In this document: piece after piece, positions 18,354-27,753 of the stretch | How positions within the stretch are numbered: the stretch's first letter is position 1 | How the letters are laid out: each line of letters opens with the position of its first letter | IMG/VR virus record: IMGVR_UViG_3300027852_000128 | Span: 1 to 31,321 of that record | DNA length: 31,321 nucleotides | Strand: one strand, 5' to 3' | Source of the DNA: a virus | Taxonomy: Duplodnaviria > Caudoviricetes | The notes under the pieces: model-generated | Database searches by the model: none | What the model was told of the DNA's origin: nothing | The model's input: only the letters and a program-made list of their open reading frames with translations | Made by a program: the position numbers and the translations under genes

Positions 18354-19664
18354 ATGGCAATTAATTTAACAACAACATACACTCCAGCGCGTGTAGATAC
18401 CACAGACCCTGTAGGGTATCCTGTAGGTGCTAACAAGAACGAGACTGCACCCGGTGCGAACGATGGTACACCTGTTGAAGCAGCATTACAAAATGACTAT
18501 GCAGGATCAATTCAGGCTACTATATATCAAGCTGGTTTAGTACCAGATAACACACCTGAAAAAGTTAGTGCTTCACAAGTGTTGCAGGGCTTGGCAAGAC
18601 ATGTATCAGGGTCAATCACATTTGATGATTCTGGTGTTGCTGATGCATATGTATTATCACCAACAGCAATATCATCAACAGATTTCGAAACACCTAGTGT
18701 TTACTTCCATGGAATGCAAATTCAATTTTATGCAGATAATCCATCAACAGCATCTGGTGCAACTGTGAATGTGAATGCAATTGGTGATGTTGGTCTGGTT
18801 CAACCAGATGGTTCAATACTATCAGCAGGTTTTGTAACGAGTGACATAATTACAAAAGCTACATATGATGGTGTTTCAGGAAAGTTTATTATTACATTTT
18901 CTGCAGGTACAGTTGTTGAAACCGGGACTTTGCCAAATATGTACTTTTCTGGTCTAACAATTGCCAATGGTTCTGATGCTGACCATGATATTGATGTTGG
19001 TGCTGGTTCTTGGCGCAGCATTGCCGATGATGAAGATATCATCCTTACAAGCACATTCGTGAAACAAATTGATGCAACATGGATTGCTGGTACAAACGTT
19101 GGTGGGTTGGCGAATGGTGCAAACCTAGCGATTGACACATGGTACCATGTATTTGCGGTTAACGTTGCTGGTGTTGCTGACATCATGTTTGATGATGATA
19201 TTGATTGTGCAAATGGTGTTGCAAACAATGCTGTAACAGCATACCGATATCTTCACAGTGTCTTGACTGATGGTTCTAGCAACATTCTACCATTCATATA
19301 TGCAAATGGTCGTACACGGTGGGTAGATCAAATCATTCATGTTGATGGAAGCCCGGGAAATTCGAGAATAACTGTAAATATTGGAACACCACTTGATGTG
19401 GTTGTCACAGCTCAAATGAGTCATAACATGGGCAACAGTACAGCAGTGACATCTGTCATAATTATGGCGTTGGATGAAACAGATGTTGTTCCAGCAATAG
19501 GAAATGCAACCACTCTAGTTGAAGCAAATGCAAGGCGACAAGTTAATAATTTTGAAGTTAAAACTGATACTAATTCTGGTGTTGCCTTCAGAAGTTCTGA
19601 TTTAAACATTCAGAACAATCAACTTATTACAATTGGATGGTACACAGACAGGAGTTCAATCTAA
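18354..19664 (+). CDS. Tail fibre protein
   Basis: Follows gp48-like gene; N-terminal baseplate-anchor pattern (DGTP...ND....Q.....AG..P....E....SQ...L), then fibre modules (SGVADAY..., GLTIAN...DIDV.AG, DTWYHVF). Confidence 0.85.
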   Translation: MAINLTTTYTPARVDTTDPVGYPVGANKNETAPGANDGTPVEAALQNDYAGSIQATIYQAGLVPDNTPEKVSASQVLQGLARHVSGSITFDDSGVADAYVLSPTAISSTDFETPSVYFHGMQIQFYADNPSTASGATVNVNAIGDVGLVQPDGSILSAGFVTSDIITKATYDGVSGKFIITFSAGTVVETGTLPNMYFSGLTIANGSDADHDIDVGAGSWRSIADDEDIILTSTFVKQIDATWIAGTNVGGLANGANLAIDTWYHVFAVNVAGVADIMFDDDIDCANGVANNAVTAYRYLHSVLTDGSSNILPFIYANGRTRWVDQIIHVDGSPGNSRITVNIGTPLDVVVTAQMSHNMGNSTAVTSVIIMALDETDVVPAIGNATTLVEANARRQVNNFEVKTDTNSGVAFRSSDLNIQNNQLITIGWYTDRSSI

Positions 19665-20230
19665 TGAATTTTTATGTAAAGAGAAATGCAGGTGTGATTA
19701 CTGGTGTATCACACACCAAACAAAGCTGGCCTGTTGAAATATTGCCAGATGACAATGCTGAAGTTATAGCTTTTCTCAATCCCGATGAAGCCAAGACTGT
19801 TGAAATGATCAGTGTGAAAATCAATGACGCCATGTATGAACGCATTGCAACCGGTATCAAATGGTCACTGACAGATGTTTCAACAGTTTACGATATACCA
19901 CTGACTGACAACAACGAACGGTTTTTATCAAGAAACTTAATGAAGTTAAACGAAGGTCGTACTGATCCACACAAAGGTTACTTGTTCACAGGAGTTGACA
20001 AGTTCAGTATTGATGATGTTGGCCTTAGAAAATTAGCTGTGTTTGCTGGTGAATGGGGCGATGAAATCAGTCGTGTTCGTTTAGAAGAAATTGAAACACT
20101 TGGTACAATGACACAGCTTCAATTAGACGCCTATGACCCGACTGCAATTGACTGGTCTATTGATTGGTCATCAGACCCACAAAATGACGGTGAAGGGTGG
20201 TCTGATGACCATTGTGTGCAAAACCCATGA
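19664..20230 (+). CDS. Putative tail fibre assembly chaperone (DUF4376-like)
   Basis: AGGAG SD, TAATG overlap with the fibre; E.LPDD..EV.AFL motif; acidic Trp-rich C-terminus; start at ATG 19664. Confidence 0.6.
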   Translation: MNFYVKRNAGVITGVSHTKQSWPVEILPDDNAEVIAFLNPDEAKTVEMISVKINDAMYERIATGIKWSLTDVSTVYDIPLTDNNERFLSRNLMKLNEGRTDPHKGYLFTGVDKFSIDDVGLRKLAVFAGEWGDEISRVRLEEIETLGTMTQLQLDAYDPTAIDWSIDWSSDPQNDGEGWSDDHCVQNP

Positions 20231-20382
20231 AGAAACAAGAACAAGCATCAAGACCTGTCAAGCTATCTGCATTCAGACCCGCTTCAGGACAATCAGCATC
20301 TTCTGCAAAACCAACATCTTCTGCACGCATTCGTAAAATCAAACCGGATACGGTACCCAATCAAAGACCCGGTAGGATGTAA
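20227..20382 (+). CDS. Small basic, disorder-prone peptide, 51 aa (MKKQEQASRPVKLSAFRPASGQSASSAKPTSSARIRKIKPDTVPNQRPGRM); not in the ORF track
   Basis: ATGA overlap with the upstream gene and TAATG overlap with the downstream gene, exactly filling the gap; its Pro-Gly is coded CCC GGT like other genes here. Confidence 0.75.
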   Translation: MKKQEQASRPVKLSAFRPASGQSASSAKPTSSARIRKIKPDTVPNQRPGRM

Positions 20383-21038
20383 TGTTTTATGTGGTCTTGC
20401 TCACGTTATTCTATCTACCCACAGTGTTTAACATATATGGGTTTGACGAAGCTTATCTGACAGCAAGGGATTTTCTCATTCTTGCTTTTTCATTTGGGAT
20501 GTTTGCAAGGACCAGCATGAGGCAGTGGAAAGACAAGATAATTTCATCTGTGTTTGTATTGCTATCACTTCACATGGTTTTCAATAATATAATTGTTGAC
20601 TATGCTGATGTTGCTGTTGCGTTAGCGTTTACTTCAATTGTTGGAATGATCACTGTTGCCTTCACGATGTATGAATTGATGTCGATTAGATACGATAAAC
20701 TACCAGACGATGACATCATTGAAGGCAATATTTATGAAATAATCGGGAAACCTAAAACTGATTTACAGTTCATATTGTTTGTGTTGACAGGTGGTCGTGG
20801 TGGAAGCTACGCAATCACCAACGGGACAGACTGTGTTTATATGTCTCGCAAAGAAGGGAAGTCTGTCAAAGAACCGTTGTCTGATAACTATTTGATCAAC
20901 AAAAAGTGTATTCTTATTGGTTGCCAAAATACGTACAATAAAACAAAGTTTCACGCAAAAGTGAATGTGAAGTTTTATTTGTGGCGTAATTGCTACTGGC
21001 TATCAAAAGGATTCCAAAAAGATGACAACATTACCTGA
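20382..21038 (+). CDS. Membrane protein (about 4 N-terminal TM helices) with C-terminal degenerate permuted NlpC/P60-like domain
   Basis: Four hydrophobic segments in aa 1-100; C-terminal pattern GNIYEI...LQFILFVLTGG.GSYAI ... KFYLWRNCYWL. Confidence 0.6.
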   Translation: MFYVVLLTLFYLPTVFNIYGFDEAYLTARDFLILAFSFGMFARTSMRQWKDKIISSVFVLLSLHMVFNNIIVDYADVAVALAFTSIVGMITVAFTMYELMSIRYDKLPDDDIIEGNIYEIIGKPKTDLQFILFVLTGGRGGSYAITNGTDCVYMSRKEGKSVKEPLSDNYLINKKCILIGCQNTYNKTKFHAKVNVKFYLWRNCYWLSKGFQKDDNIT

Positions 21039-21282
21039 TCAGACAATACCTGCAGATACATGGACAGAAGTTACAAGCTTGGTAAATGCCACAAGCTATG
21101 TGATCCAAAATAAAAGCGTTAATGTTGACATGTTTGTTGCTGAAGAAGCATCAGCGCCTGTCGGTACAACAGGGCGTGTAATACAGGGCTTTGATGATTA
21201 TAGCTTCACAAAAGGCACTGACAGTGTTTTTGTGTATTTCCCTAGTGCTGACGGCTTGATAGCCGTGAACGAAGGGGTTTAA
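21022..21282 (+). CDS. Small beta-rich hypothetical protein, probably virion-associated
   Basis: 86 aa, AAAGGA SD, immediately precedes the giant fibre gene. Confidence 0.6.
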   Translation: MTTLPDQTIPADTWTEVTSLVNATSYVIQNKSVNVDMFVAEEASAPVGTTGRVIQGFDDYSFTKGTDSVFVYFPSADGLIAVNEGV

Positions 21283-21285
21283 CAA

Positions 21286-24200
21286 ATGCCTGAAAATATT
21301 CCCGGTACTGGGTCTGGTGGTGGTTTCACCCTTGGTCCTATTCAAAATGTATTCACAGGTGCTGACCGTACTGCTGCAGAAGCCGCACGCGACCTATACG
21401 ACACAAACAACCCCGGTTGGATTGCCAACTACAATGCAGATACCGAATTGAATATTCGTCTTGAATATGTCGAAAGTGGTAATCAGGTGGCCTTGTTTCA
21501 GGTCAGAAACGGTGCAGGTGACACTTGGTTAGATAACAGCAGTGCAATAGGTGTTGCTGGCATGGATGGTGGCGCGTCAAACTTTGCGACAATCACCAAA
21601 GAAGGTCAAGTGCCGTCACTGAGTTCTGATTTAGTCAACTATGAATATGCGGGTGCTACTAAAAACCCTGTCACGGGTGAATGGACATTTGATGATTCAA
21701 TTGAAGTCCCTCAAGCATCCATTAAAATGAGTGATCCGCTCGCTATTTCAGAAGCAACTTCTGAACTATTTGTGCATGACAACGTGACAGACACAAGTTC
21801 TGTGGGGATATTGTCAGTCATAGATGGTGACAGTGGTTCAAGTAGGTTGATCTTCAATCAACTTCCAAGCGGTCAGACAATAGTAGCACAACCTGACTTT
21901 AGTCAAACTTTGACGGCTAATCCTTTGGTTGTTCCCCTGTCAGCAACGTTTTCAAATCAGACTGATAAGGTCACGATCAAAACAGGCGCGGCTATGACTA
22001 ATTTTCGGGCCATAATTACCGACAATCTCACCGGGATTGTGGTCAAATACATTCCTAGTAAGTCAGTCTGGACTTCAGGAGTTGGTGGCCTTGACCTAAG
22101 ACTTGGCGATAACACTATTGATTTTAATAGTGAAGCTGTAGACGATCCTGCAAATGGTTTGTTTTATATCGGGTTCACACCATTACGCCAATTTGCAGGA
22201 CAGGCTTCAACTTTCACCATGGAAGCAGACAGTGTAAACATTCTGGGCAATATTGGCGGTATTCCATATATTGAAAATGAAATTCACTTCATTGAAACTG
22301 TCAATGTACCGACCACAAAAGATGTCACTAATGTGTCTGACGCTTACATGCGCCTGAATAACGAGTATGTGACCGCATCAGGGACACCTACAGGCGTTGT
22401 TGCAACATATCTGGCAACAAGTACCGCAGACGTGCTTACATCAGCACAGTTCACTGCAGGTGTGGATGGGGTCAGCAATGCAACAGTGTTTACTGACGGG
22501 TCAGACACATTTGCACAGAAAGAATTTGTACAAATTTCAGGCACTGTCTTAAATGACGGCCTGTTTGAAGTTGAAGATCACACAGGAACACTTTTGACTG
22601 TTCGCGGTGTTGGTACTGTTGCAACAGTTGAAGATTTCACTGCTACTGATTTTATAACAACTGTTGACAGTGGGACGATTACAAAAGTTAATGTTTCTGT
22701 CATGCGGTCTAATGCTGCTGGTTCATGGGAATCTGGAACAGGCAATGAATCTGGAATAGTGTTTGAAGGGTTGGGCGATGTGTCCACATCTGCACCCCTT
22801 ACTGCAAATGCAATTCTTCTAGGCAATGGGTCAAAAGATATTAAAGTTGACCCAAATTTTGAATGGGATGACGGTGATTTAATTCTTAGAAATGCGTCAC
22901 CTGCATCATCAACAAACATATTCTTTGATGATGACGTTGGAGGGATAATTGCATCTGTTGGACAAATTGCCCCTTTGAATGCATTCCAAATATTAAGCTA
23001 TATAGACGATATATTAATTGCAAATCTAGGTTCGGGTGATCTAACACTCAGTACAGCATTGGGTGAAGTTATAATCAGCACTGCTGTAGGTGACGCTGTG
23101 AAGGTAGACCCTTCTGGTGATGCTCATTTCATTGATGCAGTAGAAACCCCTTATGGCGGTATCGGTACTTTTCAAAATCTACTGAAATATTCAGAAGAAT
23201 TAGACAATGCATATTGGGTTGATCAAACAGCAGTAACCATAGTTGATCCTGACACGGTACTTGCACCAAATGGTGAAGACACAGGTGACGGGATTGCTTT
23301 CACTGGTACGACTGTGGGTAAACGGGCTGCGGTCACACTTTCCAATGGTGCAACATACTCACTGTCATTTTGGGGTAGAAGCGCTGTAGGAAATCCTGAC
23401 TTGATATTTGAACTTGGCGGGGGTGGTCCAGAAACTGTGACTTTAGGGACTGGAAACCTAGAAAGATACAATATTTCTATAACCGCAGGTGCTGATGATT
23501 GGCTTGATATGTCTGCTGCTGCTGCATCTTCTGATTTTGAGTTGTGGGGTTTTCAGTTAAGCATTGGACCCGGGGTCAAGCCTTATCTTAAAACAATGGA
23601 TAATGCAGTCACAAGTACAGATTACGGGCTTGCGATATCTGGAAATGTGCGCATACAAGGAAATATAAACAGTACAGGAATTATTGCATCAGGTCCCACA
23701 GGAAACGAGGGAATTTTTGTAGAAGCAGATGGTAGCAACAGCCGCATCAGGTCTGAATTTAATCAAATGACCTTAAGTACCAGCAGGACTGCAGATGACA
23801 TTATAATTAGTCCTAATGACATACCTGCAATGCGGTTTGATTCAGACAATCAAAGAGTAACAGTAGGGTCACTGAATGCGCCTGACAGTATTCTGCATGT
23901 ATTTAATGCTAGTGCAGGTACTGTGACAGCAAGAGCAGACACGATAGTTACTATTGAAAACAACACATCCGCGTTCTTGAACTTTCTCACTCCTAATGGG
24001 GAAGCAAAAGGTATTGTTTTTGGTGAAGAAAGCGACAACAACACTGCAGGGATTTATTACGACACATCAGGAATAGGTGTGGATTCCATGGTGTTCACCA
24101 CAAATGGTGATAACGTTGGTATGGTGTTGAACGAAAACCAACACTTAATGATTGGGGCGGTTGAACCTATATCACCACTGCATGTGCATGAAAACACAGC

Positions 24201-26268
24201 GAACATTGGTGTTTCAGCAGGTATTAACATACAACAAGCAGGTTCGGGTGATGCTGCACTTACGTTTGAAACACCATCACGTGGGTGGACAACGGGAATA
24301 GACCAATCTGATGAAAATATTTACCGCATAACTGACAGTACCGGGAAGATAACATTTGAATTAAGAGATTCTTCAGGCGGGATAGTTTTGATATCAGACC
24401 AAGGTACAGCTATCGGTGCAATATCAAATACAGATGATACCACAAGTTTACTTTCCATAAGTAACATAGGCACGAATGCAGGGGCTTTTAATCTACATGT
24501 GGGTGACAGGGACCCTTCAGGCAATGTACTTGGTACAGGGGGAACCTATCAGGCAGTTGAAGACGGTGTTCAGTCTAGTCTGTATTTACACAAAGGTGCC
24601 AGTAGTACAAATAGTGATTGGTACAAGGTTTCTGTTAACCCTTCTAACACTATTGAGATTCATAACTCTGCGGAATTTGAAGCGCTCGCAAGTGGGGGTG
24701 TGATCACACTTACTGAAGCGACAAACTTTATATTCCGTAACAGTACTCCGATTTCAACCACAACCAGAATAGATGCAGGTGCGAACGACATTTTCATGAC
24801 TGCTGAAGGTCGTGTAGGTGTTTCTATTATCTATACAGGATCAGGGACGTTTCTCACGTCTAATGGTGCTAATTTTGTGATACTGGAATCATTTGACGGT
24901 ATGATAAACGGGGGTGCGGGCGAAGGTCTTGGTACATTCCTTAATGTATCAAATCTTTCAGAAATATGTATCATTGACAGGTGTGCAGTGGTGGGATGGG
25001 GGAACCTTGGTTCTTTCACTGATGTCAACAAGGTTAGAATACCATCATCAGGGTTTCTAGGTGTGGCAATATCTGGCTTCACCTTCACCAATTGTTCTGC
25101 ATTACTCTTGAGCGGTGACTTGTCAAGTACGGTTGATTTGAGCGCTTCATATTACAATATAACTGCAATAGACACTAGTGGTGAAGATACTGAAACTTCA
25201 GTTCGTGTAGAAGGTGCTGATTCAATTTTAAAATCTGGTGAATCACTTGTGTCTGTGTCACCTATTGTTACTATGTCATCTAGGGTTATTGTTTCTCAAA
25301 ACTCCCTTGGTGGATCAGGGTCATTGTTTGCACCATTGGGTGCAGATAAGGCGATTGCATCAATTGCAACAAGTCCCATCACCACAGGGACCGCTTTCAC
25401 TGCACAATCTACGTTGCATGGTGGCGATGCAACACAGTTTGCAACATCAACAACCAACAACCTTGTTGTGGGTCAAACGGTGGTGATTGCTGGCACGACA
25501 AACTATAATGGTGAGCATAGAGTCATAGCAACAAATGGGACAACATCTTTTGACATAGGAGTTGATTTTGCAGGTGATGACGGTGCAGGAACATATCTTG
25601 CAGACGCCATTCAGATCACCAGTACTGCACACGGTCTTGCTAACAATTCCTTTGTGAAGGTAACAGAAACCCCATTTTATAATGCGTTCTATGAAATATT
25701 CAATGTGGCTACTGACACATTCGAAGTAAGTGAAACGTTTATAGACACGTCCACAGGTACAGCGAGCGTTGCAACTTCCCTAGATGAGAGTGATCCACGT
25801 GTCAATGCTTCAGGCAACCCCGGGGCAAGACAAAGTGAAAACATCGGGTCAGTTATCATCAACGCAAACGCACAAACCACAACCATTTCAACTATAGACA
25901 CATGGACAGATTTTAATTTAAACGGGCTTGCATTACTAGGGAGTAACGCCGAACTTTGGCGGATCACCAACAGGACAACAGGTGAACTCGAATATCTTGG
26001 ACTGAATGATTTTACAGGTGTTGCCAACGCAAACGTCACAAGTTTCAGTGTTGGCGGTTCTCAGCAATTCGAATTTAGAGTTGCAAAGAATGGTTCACCT
26101 CTTGTTGACGGTGTTGTTTCTGGTCGTGAAATGGGTGGTGATGCTGGCAATCTGTCGATTATTTCACCTATTACAGCCGTGAAAGGTGATTTGTTCAGAT
26201 TGCAAGTTCAAAATATTGATGGTACAAGCAATGTAACGATTAGAAATTTATCTTTTCAGATTCAATAA
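21286..26268 (+). CDS. Giant multidomain fibre/receptor-binding-like protein, 1660 aa
   Basis: Gly/Ser/Thr-rich beta protein with a CBM-like NLLKYSEEL...W module, V.IG...P...LHV fibre repeats, beta-helix-like stretch, repeated small barrel modules and a jelly-roll-like C-terminus. Confidence 0.75.
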   Translation: MPENIPGTGSGGGFTLGPIQNVFTGADRTAAEAARDLYDTNNPGWIANYNADTELNIRLEYVESGNQVALFQVRNGAGDTWLDNSSAIGVAGMDGGASNFATITKEGQVPSLSSDLVNYEYAGATKNPVTGEWTFDDSIEVPQASIKMSDPLAISEATSELFVHDNVTDTSSVGILSVIDGDSGSSRLIFNQLPSGQTIVAQPDFSQTLTANPLVVPLSATFSNQTDKVTIKTGAAMTNFRAIITDNLTGIVVKYIPSKSVWTSGVGGLDLRLGDNTIDFNSEAVDDPANGLFYIGFTPLRQFAGQASTFTMEADSVNILGNIGGIPYIENEIHFIETVNVPTTKDVTNVSDAYMRLNNEYVTASGTPTGVVATYLATSTADVLTSAQFTAGVDGVSNATVFTDGSDTFAQKEFVQISGTVLNDGLFEVEDHTGTLLTVRGVGTVATVEDFTATDFITTVDSGTITKVNVSVMRSNAAGSWESGTGNESGIVFEGLGDVSTSAPLTANAILLGNGSKDIKVDPNFEWDDGDLILRNASPASSTNIFFDDDVGGIIASVGQIAPLNAFQILSYIDDILIANLGSGDLTLSTALGEVIISTAVGDAVKVDPSGDAHFIDAVETPYGGIGTFQNLLKYSEELDNAYWVDQTAVTIVDPDTVLAPNGEDTGDGIAFTGTTVGKRAAVTLSNGATYSLSFWGRSAVGNPDLIFELGGGGPETVTLGTGNLERYNISITAGADDWLDMSAAAASSDFELWGFQLSIGPGVKPYLKTMDNAVTSTDYGLAISGNVRIQGNINSTGIIASGPTGNEGIFVEADGSNSRIRSEFNQMTLSTSRTADDIIISPNDIPAMRFDSDNQRVTVGSLNAPDSILHVFNASAGTVTARADTIVTIENNTSAFLNFLTPNGEAKGIVFGEESDNNTAGIYYDTSGIGVDSMVFTTNGDNVGMVLNENQHLMIGAVEPISPLHVHENTANIGVSAGINIQQAGSGDAALTFETPSRGWTTGIDQSDENIYRITDSTGKITFELRDSSGGIVLISDQGTAIGAISNTDDTTSLLSISNIGTNAGAFNLHVGDRDPSGNVLGTGGTYQAVEDGVQSSLYLHKGASSTNSDWYKVSVNPSNTIEIHNSAEFEALASGGVITLTEATNFIFRNSTPISTTTRIDAGANDIFMTAEGRVGVSIIYTGSGTFLTSNGANFVILESFDGMINGGAGEGLGTFLNVSNLSEICIIDRCAVVGWGNLGSFTDVNKVRIPSSGFLGVAISGFTFTNCSALLLSGDLSSTVDLSASYYNITAIDTSGEDTETSVRVEGADSILKSGESLVSVSPIVTMSSRVIVSQNSLGGSGSLFAPLGADKAIASIATSPITTGTAFTAQSTLHGGDATQFATSTTNNLVVGQTVVIAGTTNYNGEHRVIATNGTTSFDIGVDFAGDDGAGTYLADAIQITSTAHGLANNSFVKVTETPFYNAFYEIFNVATDTFEVSETFIDTSTGTASVATSLDESDPRVNASGNPGARQSENIGSVIINANAQTTTISTIDTWTDFNLNGLALLGSNAELWRITNRTTGELEYLGLNDFTGVANANVTSFSVGGSQQFEFRVAKNGSPLVDGVVSGREMGGDAGNLSIISPITAVKGDLFRLQVQNIDGTSNVTIRNLSFQIQ

Positions 26269-26277
26269 CGGTGGAAA

Positions 26278-26718
26278 ATGACTGATAGTGCTGAAGACAT
26301 GGGCATGATGAAAAAGGCTATTGAAGTTCTTGAAGCCAGTAGTGAACGGCACACTGAATCAAACGAAAGACGAAAAGAAGAAAATATTCAGATACGTTTG
26401 CAAGTTGAACTATTTCAACATACAGTGGAAGGTATCAGTAACAGTGTTGATATAGTAGCGGGGGCGATGCAAGAAATTAAAGAGGATTTGAAAGAAATTA
26501 AACAAAATCAGATTGGCATGGACACACGAATTGGTGTACTTGAAAAGAGATTGTTTAATTCAGGAAAGTTCTGGTATGGTGTATCGGTACTATCTAAAAA
26601 CAAATGGTTTTGGGTTTTTCTAATGTTTTGTGTGTTTATATATGCAGTCATTAATCACCCTGAAATTAGACCATTCACTACAGAAATATTTGGTACTATG
26701 AAAGCTGCAAAACAATGA
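26278..26718 (+). CDS. Putative holin-like membrane protein
   Basis: Long N-terminal coiled coil plus one TM helix (WFWVFLMFCVFIYAVI); ATGA-coupled to the putative endolysin. Confidence 0.5.
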   Translation: MTDSAEDMGMMKKAIEVLEASSERHTESNERRKEENIQIRLQVELFQHTVEGISNSVDIVAGAMQEIKEDLKEIKQNQIGMDTRIGVLEKRLFNSGKFWYGVSVLSKNKWFWVFLMFCVFIYAVINHPEIRPFTTEIFGTMKAAKQ

Positions 26719-27182
26719 CACTGACACTTGTGCTGAACCGCTATACCAGAAACAATGACGAAGTATCAGGCGTCATGTCAATTGCAAATTTCCCAATTTG
26801 TCATACACTCGAAGATGAACACCGTGTTGTCAAAGTGCCGGGTGAAACATGCATTCCTGCAGGTGAATATGATGTCATATTAAGACCTGTAAATGAAGGC
26901 AATGTGAACAAGAAATATCTCAAAGATTTCCCAACGATGCATCAAGGCATGTTGTGGTTGCAAGACGTTCCCGGGTTCACTTACATCTATATTCACATAG
27001 GCAATAGAGATGAGCACACAGCAGGGTGTATCTTGGTTGGTCAGCAAAACTATATTGATGACCAAGGTCACATGGAACTATACAGAAGTACACAGGCTTA
27101 TGTTCAACTATATAAAATGGTTGTGAGCGCTGCCAAAACTGGAAACTTAAAAATTAAGGTAATTGACAATGACGAAGTATAA
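26715..27182 (+). CDS. DUF5675-family protein (L,D-transpeptidase-like fold; putative endolysin)
   Basis: TLED...K..GETCIPAGEY, L.DVPGF..I.IH.GN....T.GCILVG signature with His/Cys dyad. Confidence 0.8.
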   Translation: MTLTLVLNRYTRNNDEVSGVMSIANFPICHTLEDEHRVVKVPGETCIPAGEYDVILRPVNEGNVNKKYLKDFPTMHQGMLWLQDVPGFTYIYIHIGNRDEHTAGCILVGQQNYIDDQGHMELYRSTQAYVQLYKMVVSAAKTGNLKIKVIDNDEV

Positions 27183-27753
27183 CACAGGTGACATGTTACT
27201 GTTCAAAGGTAACAGCCGCATTTCAAGATTTATTACACTCTTGCCTAGTGCTGAATTCTCACATGTTGGTTTCTATTATGACCATGACCTTTTTGGACCT
27301 TGTGTGTTTGAAAGTACATCAATCGGCAATGATCCAGATGTATTCACAGGTAGTATAATTGCAGGTGTTCAGGTCACTAAGTTTAAAGATCGTATTGCAA
27401 ATTATGACGGCGAAGTTTTCGTTAGACGATTGCCGGAACCACTGACAGAAACACAACTGTCTGTGTTCAATGAGTTTGTGAAAAAACATCACGGCACACC
27501 ATATGAAGATAGTAATTGGCAACTAATCAAAGCACAATTGGACGGTATCGAATCACTTGATTTCAAATTGCCATGGCACAGAAACGAACAAGATGAATCA
27601 ACTTTATTCTGTTCTGAACTAGGTGTAAAATTAGATCGTGAACTTGAAATTATTGAAGATGACGGTTCACCAACAAATGAAAGCACCCCAACAGATTGTA
27701 GTACGTCTGAAGGTCGTGGTGAAATATTGGCAATCAAAACAAAGTTAGTCTAA
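27169..27753 (+). CDS. Permuted papain-like amidase (YiiX/YebB-like NlpC/P60)
   Basis: GDMLLFKG, FSHVG (His), G.PY, LFCSEL (Cys) in permuted order; TAAGGT SD before ATG 27169. Confidence 0.85.
   Translation: MTKYNTGDMLLFKGNSRISRFITLLPSAEFSHVGFYYDHDLFGPCVFESTSIGNDPDVFTGSIIAGVQVTKFKDRIANYDGEVFVRRLPEPLTETQLSVFNEFVKKHHGTPYEDSNWQLIKAQLDGIESLDFKLPWHRNEQDESTLFCSELGVKLDRELEIIEDDGSPTNESTPTDCSTSEGRGEILAIKTKLV

Noticed and set aside
20133-20360. Track ORFs 20133-20336 (+) and 20157-20360 (-)
   Set aside because: Both overlap the upstream gene substantially; the 20227-20382 frame fits both neighbours exactly
18354-26268. Diversity-generating retroelement or invertible fibre cassette
   Set aside because: No reverse transcriptase, recombinase, TR/VR pair or flanking inverted repeats seen by eye
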